Source: a virus
Taxonomy: Duplodnaviria; Caudoviricetes
DNA length: 39,198 bases
Virus record (IMG/VR): IMGVR_UViG_3300008266_000343
Span: 1-39,198 of that record
Strand: one strand, 5' to 3'
In this document: one piece after another, positions 9,473 through 18,966 of the stretch
How the letters are laid out: each line of letters opens with the position of its first letter
Numbering within the stretch: position 1 is the first letter of the stretch
Notes under the pieces: model-generated
What the model saw: only the letters and a program-made list of their open reading frames with translations
Database searches by the model: none
Told to the model about the DNA's origin: nothing
Program-made: the position numbers and the translations under genes

Positions 9473-9495
9473 ATGTTACATGGTAATTGTAACAT
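9473..9495. promoter_or_regulatory. Operator-like inverted repeat
   Basis: Perfect ATGTTACA-N7-TGTAACAT overlapping the -10 and the predicted start site. Confidence 0.5.
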
Positions 9496-9513
9496 ATTGT
9501 TTTGGGGTGTCAA
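9486..9513 (-). promoter_or_regulatory. Promoter of the replication operon
   Basis: TTGACA-16 nt-TACAAT with extended -10 TG. Confidence 0.7.
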
Positions 9514-9516
9514 GTA

Positions 9517-9915
9517 CTATACTGTCTTATTTTGTATTGCTATATAATTTATTTTTACTGTTCCAACGTCTTTCGTAGAATTAACTATAACCTGTGGAGT
9601 ACTCCCACTTTGACCAATTACACGAGGAATTACTATGGCATCTTTAATGCTTCCTCCTCCAATAGAAACAATAAATGTTGGAGTTCCAGTAAAATTAGGA
9701 TTAATTGGTAAATTAACTGGGCTAGATGAACCTACTTTTGTAATAACATCAACTGTGCCAAAGTCTATTACGTTTACAGTTTTTTCATCTAGCGTAGCAC
9801 TTTGTAGTCCAGCTACGCTTTCATATGTGTTTGTAATATTTAACCTAAGATTATTTAATTTAGTAACGTCTAAAGGTTCACCTTCATTAAATGTTACTGC
9901 TATTAAGTCTGCCAT
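9517..9915 (-). CDS. Hypothetical virion-associated protein
   Basis: Beta-rich 132-aa ORF (FTGTPTFIVS...INYIAI resembles fibre-tip/H-lectin-like C-termini); last gene of the tail cluster. Confidence 0.65.
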   Translation of the reverse strand: MADLIAVTFNEGEPLDVTKLNNLRLNITNTYESVAGLQSATLDEKTVNVIDFGTVDVITKVGSSSPVNLPINPNFTGTPTFIVSIGGGSIKDAIVIPRVIGQSGSTPQVIVNSTKDVGTVKINYIAIQNKTV

Positions 9916-10304
9916 TATAAGTTTTCTCCTAGGTCATGCATATTTGTTTCAGAATCACTGACTTCAACTATATTAGATCGATCAAGACCATATTTATCAA
10001 ATGAGTCTGGGTTCACAATATGCCTACGTTTATTTTGTGATATTAAATATATTTTACCATCTGCTATGTTCTTTATCAAGGTTCCGTCTCTAAAACCTAG
10101 TTTTCCAACCACCTTCATTCCAGATACAGCTTGATCAGTAGCATATACCGTTCGAAATACCCATGATTTAGCTGCACGGTCTGAAATCAATTTAAACCTT
10201 TTACCGTCTTTAATCCAATATACTCCAGTATCTGTTTTTACTGCTAAACCTGATGGGAGTATTACTGAATTAATTAGAATCTGAGTCTGTTTCTTTCTTT
10301 TCAT
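9915..10304 (-). CDS. Hypothetical protein with two internal repeats
   Basis: GVYWIKDGKRFKL / KIYLISQNKRRHI repeats. The probable start is ATG 10304; the track start overlaps another gene. Confidence 0.7.
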   Translation of the reverse strand: MKRKKQTQILINSVILPSGLAVKTDTGVYWIKDGKRFKLISDRAAKSWVFRTVYATDQAVSGMKVVGKLGFRDGTLIKNIADGKIYLISQNKRRHIVNPDSFDKYGLDRSNIVEVSDSETNMHDLGENL

Positions 10305-10425
10305 TGTTTTCCATAAGTTGAGTAATCTCTGCACGTAAAACTGCAATCTGAGTTTCATAATTTGATACAATCTCTCCTATGCGTTGCTGTAAGGCGGTAA
10401 TTACTAATTCTGCCTTGTTTGACAT
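10270..10425 (-). CDS. Small coiled-coil protein, 51 aa (absent from the ORF track)
   Basis: MSNKAELVITALQQRIGEIVSNYETQIAVLRAEITQLMENNEKKETDSDSN; AGGA RBS and its own promoter; fills the gap. Confidence 0.8.
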   Translation of the reverse strand: MSNKAELVITALQQRIGEIVSNYETQIAVLRAEITQLMENNEKKETDSDSN

Positions 10426-10448
10426 AAATATCCTATCTGTAGATACCT

Positions 10449-10477
10449 ATGATACCATTATGATTCTAGGGCGTCAA
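10449..10477 (-). promoter_or_regulatory. Sigma70-type promoter
   Basis: TTGACG-17 nt-TATCAT with extended -10 (TGGTATCAT). Confidence 0.65.
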
Positions 10478-12869
10478 GCCTTGATGTAATAGATAAAATA
10501 GAGTCATTCTGTGTTTGAATAATCTTTAATAGTCCTGGTATTATGAAGTCGGCATTCCATCTTTGTGGGGTCCCGTCTGCATCACGATCTACTGCTATAG
10601 GATAAATTTCTTCTAGCTCTTCTGCTATAAATCCTGGCAAATCCATACCATATCTTGCGTCATCTTCTGGCAAGTAGCCTTGCTTGTATGTAAAAGATCT
10701 TACTGGTAGACTTAACAATATAGAAGGATCAAGGTCTGGTTTTTCTGAAATATTAACAATATTTTCTTTAAACCTAATACTAGAACCAGAAGCTGCAACT
10801 AATCTAGAGGATGGTGTTGTTGCATCATTAACTCTTGCAGCACCACCGCTTGTAGAAACTGCATACCCTGGATAATATATATAAGCGTTAAATGTTGCGT
10901 TTGAAGTAACAGTTCCAGAAGAATTTATTGCAAAACCACCGTTTGCCAAAGACATTCCTTCTGCTCCAATTAAGCTATATCCACCAAACCCGCTTCCCTC
11001 TATTTGAACAAATTGTCCAACTCTAATTGGTTTAGATGTAAATATTGAATAAACATTATTAATTCCAGTTGTTCCAGCAAATAGTCTTAGGGTTCCACCA
11101 GAGTTAATCATTCCGTCTGTATCCATTGTAAAGCCAGCAATAGTTCCTGTGGTAGATGTTATTTGTCCGCTAAATCTAGCAGATCCAGTTCCAGCATCAA
11201 TTCCTACGGTTTCCTGTCCTGAGCTATTATATGCATAAAATCCAGTATTTGTTAATTCTACTCTAGAACCACTTGATGCTGTAGAACTTGAAACAACAAT
11301 GCCTCCGTTAGTACTAATTCTAGTTATCTGATTACTTGCGTTTTTTGTAACACCATTTCCATCTTGAATTGCTGTAGACCCAGCTGATGCATTAGATACA
11401 ACAGTAGATGCTGCTGTTCCATTAATAGTAGATGTTCCACTAATTGTAAATGTTCCATCAATTGTTAGTTGTGCTGATGGACCAGTAGTCAAAGTAAATT
11501 TACCGCTTGCTGTTCCATTTGCTTCTCTGTGAGTAATACCAGAAGATGTAATGTCTATATATGGATTAGATGTAGAGCCTACTATAATTCCAGTAGTATC
11601 AATTTTAATTGTTGGCGATGCTGAAGCATTTTGTAAATATGTACTTCCAAGAATCCATCCGCCAATAGTTCCAGACTCTGCCTTTAATACACCATTTCTA
11701 GAAACACTAAATGGAGCAGACGCATATACTGCATTTCCAAGGTATATTCCGCTTGAATCTGATTTGAATATAGAAGATCCTGATCCTGCTGAAAGATCTC
11801 CTGTAAACGTTCCACCTCCATTTACAGTTAATGTTCCAGTTGCTCCACCAGTAAACTTTAATAATTCTGTTGTGCCATTAGTTCCATATATTACAAGTGG
11901 GTTGGCTCCACCAGATAAAACTACTCTAGATCCGCCATCTATTCCAGCTGTAATTGATGCGTCTGCGGCAAGTGTTCCTGTTATAATTTCGCTTGCAGCA
12001 ACTTTGTTTACAGTAATTGGATTACCAGAAGCTGCAATGGGGTTATTGTTTGATGTTCCATTTGCGTTAATTGTATCTATCTTTACATAATATGGAGTAT
12101 TGTATTGCAAAAGAGTTCCTGCAGACTTATCAATAATTGTTCCAACGCCAATAGAAACTTTATTAGATCCGTTAGCAAAATTTAGTGTGTGTACCCAGTT
12201 ATTATCGCTTGGAGTAAATCCTGCCGATGTTCCAATAAATACTTTTGCTCCTGCAAAACTTCCTGTTGGAAAATTCCCACCACCAGATTTTTTACCACTC
12301 CATTCAACAATAACAGATGCAAGTCCTGCGGTTACAGTTGGTGCCTCTGGATCTTCTGGATCAACCACTGGGTTACTTATATCTGAAACTGTTTTAGTAA
12401 CCGCTACGCTAACTGGTGACAATTTTCCTAATTTTGAAACAGCATATAAAACTATTTGATATGTTCCGCCTGGAGCAGCAATTACTTGTGTTCCAGCTGT
12501 TTTAAATGAAGCTGCGGGTTTTGTTCCATCAAAAGGTAGTCCGTCAATATATACGTCAACCCTATCTATATCTGTGAGTAGTGTTGGTGTAGCATCATCT
12601 GATGTTCCATCCCACGTAATTTTTATAAATCCAGGAGTCGTTACGTCAACATTGCTATCTGTAAATTTTGGTGTATTTGGATCTGATTCTCCAGGAGTTG
12701 TTATTACTTTAACTGCAGACCAAGGAGAAAATGTGCCGTCATTATATTTCCATCTAAACTGAATTGGTGATGATTGATTTACGTCAAGATCTGTGATTGT
12801 AACCAAAAAATAATCATTACTACTACCAAAAGTAGTACTGGTATCTTTTAATAAATCCTCATATGCCAT
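10458..12869 (-). CDS. Tail fibre/spike with C-terminal intramolecular chaperone (peptidase S74-like)
   Basis: N-terminal FN3-like beta-sandwich segments, G/S/T-rich shaft, C-terminal SSIRFKENI...GFIAEELEEIYP...coiled coil. Confidence 0.8.
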   Translation of the reverse strand: MAYEDLLKDTSTTFGSSNDYFLVTITDLDVNQSSPIQFRWKYNDGTFSPWSAVKVITTPGESDPNTPKFTDSNVDVTTPGFIKITWDGTSDDATPTLLTDIDRVDVYIDGLPFDGTKPAASFKTAGTQVIAAPGGTYQIVLYAVSKLGKLSPVSVAVTKTVSDISNPVVDPEDPEAPTVTAGLASVIVEWSGKKSGGGNFPTGSFAGAKVFIGTSAGFTPSDNNWVHTLNFANGSNKVSIGVGTIIDKSAGTLLQYNTPYYVKIDTINANGTSNNNPIAASGNPITVNKVAASEIITGTLAADASITAGIDGGSRVVLSGGANPLVIYGTNGTTELLKFTGGATGTLTVNGGGTFTGDLSAGSGSSIFKSDSSGIYLGNAVYASAPFSVSRNGVLKAESGTIGGWILGSTYLQNASASPTIKIDTTGIIVGSTSNPYIDITSSGITHREANGTASGKFTLTTGPSAQLTIDGTFTISGTSTINGTAASTVVSNASAGSTAIQDGNGVTKNASNQITRISTNGGIVVSSSTASSGSRVELTNTGFYAYNSSGQETVGIDAGTGSARFSGQITSTTGTIAGFTMDTDGMINSGGTLRLFAGTTGINNVYSIFTSKPIRVGQFVQIEGSGFGGYSLIGAEGMSLANGGFAINSSGTVTSNATFNAYIYYPGYAVSTSGGAARVNDATTPSSRLVAASGSSIRFKENIVNISEKPDLDPSILLSLPVRSFTYKQGYLPEDDARYGMDLPGFIAEELEEIYPIAVDRDADGTPQRWNADFIIPGLLKIIQTQNDSILSITSRLDALES

Positions 12870-14012
12870 TTAGAAATCCAAGTCTAATCTGTACTCTATA
12901 TCTATTTGCCTTCCAGCCATTTTTGTTAAATATGGTGAAGGCAATATTGATCTGCTCAATAATCCAAAAACTGGGTCAAAGGTGTCCTCGTCGTTAATTC
13001 TTAATGCATCTAGTCCAACCGATGTTGTTGTAGAAGCATTTGGAACAATAACTATACCAATTTTATTAATCTCTGATTTAATTGGTGACCCAACAACATT
13101 GCTAAACAATGAACTTAGATAAATGTCTGATGTTATTTTATGTCCAGTTCCAGACTCTGGAGTTATGTCAACATAAAAATAATCTGAGCTAGAACTATAT
13201 AACTTAAGAGTTATTTTATTTAAGTTATTATCTTCCTTATAGTACGCAATGCTAATTGTGTCTTGATTGCTGTAGCCTTCAATATCCAGAGATGCGGTGT
13301 TTGTGTATTCATTTGACGACAATGCGTTAGATTGCATCGTAAGAACATTACCACCGACCTTTGCTCCAACTGTTGACGTAGAAGGACTGTATCCATTTAA
13401 ATCTGTCCAGTCAAAATATTTATCAAAATCTGCTATGAATTTACTATCGTAGCTATTTGATGAAATTCTTTCAGATGGGTATAAGCCAATTTCGGATATA
13501 GTTCCAGAAATATCTTGTGGAATTGTTGCTTTATATACTATTGAATAAACTGAATTTGAATTTTCTAGTTGAATGTCTGAGCTTCCTAAAACAATTGGAG
13601 TTCTGTATATTTCAAATCCAAGCCTTGTATCTGTGTCTGATGCAACGTTCCCTCCAGAAACATAAGATGTTGTTGCTGTATTTAATACTGTAAATGTTGT
13701 AGAAGACGGAACTGATTCAATAATAGTGTCTGAAATATTATAGACTATTGGATCAACATTTACTATGCTTACCTTGTTACCTTCAAAAAGTCCGTGATCT
13801 TTTAATGTAGTATATGTTACTACAGTTCCATCTCCAGATACAGATGATATTAATTTTGAATCACTGATTCCAATAGCGATGTCTTTGCCATTTCCATTAA
13901 TCATGCCAGCAAGGTGTCTTGTAAAGTATCTCTTTCCAAATTTAGTTACAATATTAGGAGAACGGAAGATTTCTCTCCCATCTTGATAGAATATATATGT
14001 ACCTTTTATCAT
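12870..14012 (-). CDS. Minor tail/baseplate protein
   Basis: NIVTKFGK...IAIG...ISEIGLY pattern typical of tail structural proteins; located in the tail-tip cluster. Confidence 0.65.
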   Translation of the reverse strand: MIKGTYIFYQDGREIFRSPNIVTKFGKRYFTRHLAGMINGNGKDIAIGISDSKLISSVSGDGTVVTYTTLKDHGLFEGNKVSIVNVDPIVYNISDTIIESVPSSTTFTVLNTATTSYVSGGNVASDTDTRLGFEIYRTPIVLGSSDIQLENSNSVYSIVYKATIPQDISGTISEIGLYPSERISSNSYDSKFIADFDKYFDWTDLNGYSPSTSTVGAKVGGNVLTMQSNALSSNEYTNTASLDIEGYSNQDTISIAYYKEDNNLNKITLKLYSSSSDYFYVDITPESGTGHKITSDIYLSSLFSNVVGSPIKSEINKIGIVIVPNASTTTSVGLDALRINDEDTFDPVFGLLSRSILPSPYLTKMAGRQIDIEYRLDLDF

Positions 14013-14023
14013 TTTATCTCCTA

Positions 14024-14830
14024 TTAAATTGGCGTAGAATAGCTAGAATAATATTTTTTATTATTTGTTCCAGTTACTACTGCCCTAACTTTTAGCCACC
14101 TTGCAGATGAAGAAGGTGGTGTGTCTCCTTGTGAAGAGCTAATTTTATATTGCCTTGTTTTTCCACTATCGCCAATTCCATAATATGATGCAGAAGGATA
14201 AGATTTTGTTCCTTGACTAATTATTGTTCCACCACTTGATGATGTTGAAATTATCCATTCATATTCTATATTTGAATATGATCCAAATCCAGAGACGTCA
14301 TTCCATCCCCAAGAAACTCCTGTCGTGCCAGTTCTGTCAAATATTACTGATGGTACTGACGGAGTTGGAGTTACAAATTCTGGGCTATTATTTGTTGGAG
14401 TGCTTGTTGTAGTATTGTTTGCGGCTACATATGATGCTGATGCTGAGTCATAAACTCTAGCATCTACTCCGACAACGCTAGCTGCACTCTTACTACTATT
14501 TCTAATTTTAATCATACAATTATATTTTGTTATTTTTGTAGAAGGATCTACATATTCTTCAAAGGTTAAGCTCTCGATATCGGTCATATCAACTGTATCT
14601 ACTTCTGGTAGTCCGTCGTCTCCTCCATCATTATCTCCCGATCCCCCATCGCCTGAATCCCCTGCTGGTCCGCCAATATATCTACTATAAGCGTATCCGC
14701 TAGAGTCTTTAACTATTACTTCATCGGCTCTAAGCCATAGCAAATCTCTGCTGTTTGAATCTAATATTAAAGGTAAATCCCTAGTAACTTTCTTAGTAGG
14801 AATTCTATTTGGAATTGGTTGCTTTGCCAT
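14024..14830 (-). CDS. Minor tail protein with FN3-like C-terminus
   Basis: Acidic Gly/Asp linker, Thr/Pro linker, WGW...YEW...WLKVRAV...YSSYS. The likely start is ATG 14830 (leaderless). Confidence 0.65.
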   Translation of the reverse strand: MAKQPIPNRIPTKKVTRDLPLILDSNSRDLLWLRADEVIVKDSSGYAYSRYIGGPAGDSGDGGSGDNDGGDDGLPEVDTVDMTDIESLTFEEYVDPSTKITKYNCMIKIRNSSKSAASVVGVDARVYDSASASYVAANNTTTSTPTNNSPEFVTPTPSVPSVIFDRTGTTGVSWGWNDVSGFGSYSNIEYEWIISTSSSGGTIISQGTKSYPSASYYGIGDSGKTRQYKISSSQGDTPPSSSARWLKVRAVVTGTNNKKYYSSYSTPI

Positions 14831-14836
14831 TTTATC

Positions 14837-14845
14837 ATTATACCA
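14837..14845 (-). promoter_or_regulatory. Extended -10 promoter, leaderless
   Basis: TGGTATAAT ending 6 nt before ATG 14830; no Shine-Dalgarno. Confidence 0.65.
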
Positions 14846-14854
14846 TTTGGTCAA

Positions 14855-17800
14855 CTAAAGGGTTCGACACGTAATGGATGTATTAATTCCTTCCTCAAAA
14901 GATTGATTTACGTTTGTTATTATCATTTTCTCTAAGCCTTGTAGGCCTTGATATGTATACTTTACTGTAACAATATCTCCAACGGAAAGCAATGGGTTGC
15001 CAAATATCTGCATATCTATAACCTTGCCTTTATTGATTGCTTTACTTTTTATAAAATTAGCTAGCTGCTTTACGTCATATTCATTTTGTAACCATTTAGA
15101 CTCAAAAATAACTGGTTCTTTATTTGCGTATTCGGCACTATCATCTGTAGAATATTCTAAAGTTCCTGAAGCAGATATATCATTTCCAAATATATATAAA
15201 ACTGCTTCTGCGCCATTACTTAATGGAACGGTTGTAGATGTATTATTTAGTACGTATGCTTCTGCATCAAAATTTGATATTCTTTGACCAATTAAATTTA
15301 CTGACCTATTACTTCCAGTTGACCATCTAATTGGAAAAGAAGGCCTTGAGTTAAGTTTAGTTTTAACGTGGTATATTTCTCTAACTACAGTTCCAAAATC
15401 ATCTATAGTTTGTGGCTTTAAAGTATTTTCTGAATTTTGACTGTCATAAATTAAATCTCCAAATGACATTTCTAAAAGGTCATTTGAGAATTGAGCTAAG
15501 TATAAATTTGGATCAATTGTAGATTGTTCATATTTTACTTTATCTAAATCTGTTGCATAAACATAGTCAAAGGCTACTTGTCCGCTACCACATACAACTG
15601 CTACTGATTTTGTTAAAGTTAATATTTTATTAATTTCTGTAGTATTGTAAGTACTATTTGAATCTGTTGCTGTAATTTTAAATCCATTTATGTATGCATT
15701 AATTTCAACATCGTCTCCGTCAACCTTTACCCTTACGTCTATATTATATTGTGTACCGCCATAAACTCCTTCGAATGTAGCCGACGCAGTTCTTTGTGAG
15801 TCTGCTAAAACAATTATTCCAGTTCCATCAGCTTTTAAAATTCTAACAGATTTAGTTTCTTTTGCAGTAGAAGACTTTGTAGTTTCAACAATAACAAAGT
15901 ATCCTTTTTTACCTGAATCTCCTACAAAGAATCCAAGACCTGCGGAAGCTGAGTTAGAGTTTATTGCAGCATCTAAAAACACACTTGTGCCAAATGCATA
16001 GTAGGACTCTCCGTATGTTTGTGGAACATAATAGTATGGTGCGTAGCTATTGTTTGGGACTGATGAAGAAAGATTCATTCCAGTAAAATCTCTATAAGCC
16101 ATAACATATTTATTCTTATCTGTGTTAGCATTAGTTAATTTAAAATAAGACTTACCAGGTGTAAGGACAGTTGCACTTACTGGATTAGATGTAACTGTTC
16201 CGTTATATGAAACAGTGCTCATTGTAAACACTGCGCTTTCCATATAGTTTCCAGACGTTGCTCCATTTTTAGGAGTAACTCTAAATTTATATTTTGAACC
16301 TGGAAATAAGTTTTCTACCAATAATGGTGGAGAACTTGTAAATGCTGGAAGCGTAATTGCTATTCCGTCATTTGCTCCAGCTGCAGTTAATTTTTGTACA
16401 GAAACTATATAAGATGTTGGAGTTATAGATGGCTCAACAATATCTAACTCAACGCTAGTCAAGTCTATTTGTTTTGGAATAACATTATATGAAATATCTA
16501 ATCCTGATAGTGGAACTAATGATCCAGAAGTTGATCCAGCCTTGCTATCCCAAGTAACTTCTCTTGCTGTCCAGCTTCCTAAATTTTCATTACCAGTAAA
16601 ATGTGGTGCAGCAACAGTGCCAAGGGCTCCTCTAGTTTTAATTCTATATTTACCACTTGGCTTAAAGTATGCAGTTTCTGCTGGATTCTTTGGATTTTCA
16701 TATCCTGGCTTACATAGAGCCCTGTATTTATTTACATCTGATTCGGACTTAATCCATATATATTGTTTAGATCCATTAAGCAAAGTACAGTCATACTCTA
16801 TGGCATCGTATTCAATAATTTCTGAATCAATTAAAACAAATCCTGAGTAATTATAAAATGACTGTTGTTGTGAATAAACATCAATAGTTTTGGTATCTAC
16901 TACAAACTCTGTGGAAGAAGATGTTAATGATTTTAGCAAACCTCCAGAGCTTAAAAATGTAGTAGGTGCTACCCAAAGTTTTCCAGATGTTCCAGTATAG
17001 TTAGATGTTAATGCTGATTCCCATAATACTTTAACATAGTTTGCCGCAACAATATCTTTTTGTGTAAACTCAACTATATTTGGAAGGGTTGTGCCTTCTT
17101 GCTCATTATAAAAATTCCATACAGCAGTTTGTTGATTATCATAAATATAATCTCTACTATAAAATTGCAATACATTGTTTTCATCAAAAAATGCATTCAT
17201 TTGAATGTCACGGCAAAGTTCTTGGATTGACTCCCAAACTGTTTTTGTATCATCTGTCCACCAATAATTTATTTGAGGAATAGAAGTTTCTGATGTAGCA
17301 TGTAGATTAAAATTATAATTTGTAAAGCCTACTGAATCTAGTAGTCTTCTTAATATTGCTGTTACTGGATAAAATTCGCATACGATATCTGGGCATAGAG
17401 TATCCATTAAATACTTAGATCCATCTAGGGCAAATACTGTTGTGTCGCCATACGAGTCTATATTAAAGTCATTTATGTAATATGTGCCCTGTGTTACCTT
17501 ATCATATGATCCAGCAACTGTTGTAGCCCCAGAATGATACACTTTAAAAAATGGTCTGATCTCAACATTTTTGGCCATATAAATTAAAGACGAATTAAAT
17601 GAAGTGGACTCTCTATTGTAAGAAACTGTCTGCAATGTTGTTTGATTATATTTAACTAAATTAAGATTTAGGCTGTTTGCAGTTACAAATCCTACTGGAA
17701 GGATATCCTGTGTAGACGAAGAGGATTCCTTTGAAATGCTAAAGTTAACTATATCTGAAGATATGTCTTTTACTAGTCTAGCTGATATTTCAATTACTCC

Positions 17801-18508
17801 GATAGCCCCGCCTATGTTTGGATTAGTAGCAATTAGGTTAATTGATTTAATTAATATTGGATTAGCATAAGAAATTGGTTCAGTTAATGCATGATCTGTC
17901 CATGTAGTTCCATTATAATTTAATTGAATACTTCCGCTAGATGGTGTGGCAAATGGTCCTACTACCTGTGTAGAGTTATCAGATTTTGTAATTGTGACAG
18001 AATATGTTGTTGGTAATTGATGATACTTTTCAAACCTGATAACAATCTTATTAGCTAGAGCAGCTTTGTTTCCGTTTAGACCTGTTGTTAAATAATTAAC
18101 AGTAAGATTTGTATTAGTATTTTTTGCACCAAGCCAGTACTTGTACTGTGTTGTAACTCCTGGATAGTAGAGCCTTGGCTGAGAAGATGGATATTGCAAT
18201 GCTCTAAATGGAGAAAATGTATTTGCTAATGTATCATTTGGCAAAAGCACAACGTACTTGATTCCAGATTGAAGTGGTCTAAATGGTTTAACTACTGAGT
18301 CTACTGGGAATAGTTTTTTATATGGGTTAGCTTTTCCAGTTGGCCACCCGCTAATTTGAGATGTATAAGATGAATCTGGGGTTGATGAAACAACTGTAAT
18401 TCCATCTATTAATGAATTCATATTATATTCAATTTCGCATGCAGCATTTACTGTAATTGATTTTTGATGCTTAAATATATTTTGTAATGCGGTTGTTGAG
18501 CTTATCAT
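14855..18508 (-). CDS. Large tail-tip/hub protein with FN3-like insert
   Basis: Second gene after the TMP; WESIQELCRDIQMNAFFDENNVLQFYSR and GNPLLSVGDIVTV hub-type motifs; LFPGSKYKFRVTPKN FN3 motif. Start ATG 18508 in a TAATG overlap. Confidence 0.75.
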   Translation of the reverse strand: MISSTTALQNIFKHQKSITVNAACEIEYNMNSLIDGITVVSSTPDSSYTSQISGWPTGKANPYKKLFPVDSVVKPFRPLQSGIKYVVLLPNDTLANTFSPFRALQYPSSQPRLYYPGVTTQYKYWLGAKNTNTNLTVNYLTTGLNGNKAALANKIVIRFEKYHQLPTTYSVTITKSDNSTQVVGPFATPSSGSIQLNYNGTTWTDHALTEPISYANPILIKSINLIATNPNIGGAIGVIEISARLVKDISSDIVNFSISKESSSSTQDILPVGFVTANSLNLNLVKYNQTTLQTVSYNRESTSFNSSLIYMAKNVEIRPFFKVYHSGATTVAGSYDKVTQGTYYINDFNIDSYGDTTVFALDGSKYLMDTLCPDIVCEFYPVTAILRRLLDSVGFTNYNFNLHATSETSIPQINYWWTDDTKTVWESIQELCRDIQMNAFFDENNVLQFYSRDYIYDNQQTAVWNFYNEQEGTTLPNIVEFTQKDIVAANYVKVLWESALTSNYTGTSGKLWVAPTTFLSSGGLLKSLTSSSTEFVVDTKTIDVYSQQQSFYNYSGFVLIDSEIIEYDAIEYDCTLLNGSKQYIWIKSESDVNKYRALCKPGYENPKNPAETAYFKPSGKYRIKTRGALGTVAAPHFTGNENLGSWTAREVTWDSKAGSTSGSLVPLSGLDISYNVIPKQIDLTSVELDIVEPSITPTSYIVSVQKLTAAGANDGIAITLPAFTSSPPLLVENLFPGSKYKFRVTPKNGATSGNYMESAVFTMSTVSYNGTVTSNPVSATVLTPGKSYFKLTNANTDKNKYVMAYRDFTGMNLSSSVPNNSYAPYYYVPQTYGESYYAFGTSVFLDAAINSNSASAGLGFFVGDSGKKGYFVIVETTKSSTAKETKSVRILKADGTGIIVLADSQRTASATFEGVYGGTQYNIDVRVKVDGDDVEINAYINGFKITATDSNSTYNTTEINKILTLTKSVAVVCGSGQVAFDYVYATDLDKVKYEQSTIDPNLYLAQFSNDLLEMSFGDLIYDSQNSENTLKPQTIDDFGTVVREIYHVKTKLNSRPSFPIRWSTGSNRSVNLIGQRISNFDAEAYVLNNTSTTVPLSNGAEAVLYIFGNDISASGTLEYSTDDSAEYANKEPVIFESKWLQNEYDVKQLANFIKSKAINKGKVIDMQIFGNPLLSVGDIVTVKYTYQGLQGLEKMIITNVNQSFEEGINTSITCRTL

Positions 18509-18966
18509 TAGATCTCTTCCATTGATATAGATACATTCCAAAATTCTTGTGGAGAGTCTGTTGTTTGTTCCTTTACGTTTCTTTTAACGATTTCAAATGA
18601 ACAGCTGGTAAACATCATTTCCATATTTTTAGTAGTGTTTCCATATGACATTGATACATCGAATGTAGATCTTCCAGACAATGCCCCAGCAGCTTTTGCT
18701 GCAGCGCCTTCATAGAATGCTTTGAGATCTGCAGCTCCATATCCTCCATCAACTGTCATTGTTGAAAATGATGGAAGCATATTCCATGATACGCTTATTG
18801 TTTCTTTTTCAGCTACAAAAAATTTACGCATTAATCCATTATTCATTCTTTTAGTTTGTTCAATTCTAGTCTTACCTATTGATACAGGTTGACGATTATG
18901 TTCTGATAATTTAATAGTTGAGTTTAAATATAGAAGCGATCCTACTGGAAGATATATTGTTGACAT
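18508..18966 (-). CDS. Distal tail (Dit-like) protein
   Basis: 152 aa immediately after the TMP; RMNNGLMRK...ISVSW...WNVSISMEEI. Confidence 0.65.
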   Translation of the reverse strand: MSTIYLPVGSLLYLNSTIKLSEHNRQPVSIGKTRIEQTKRMNNGLMRKFFVAEKETISVSWNMLPSFSTMTVDGGYGAADLKAFYEGAAAKAAGALSGRSTFDVSMSYGNTTKNMEMMFTSCSFEIVKRNVKEQTTDSPQEFWNVSISMEEI

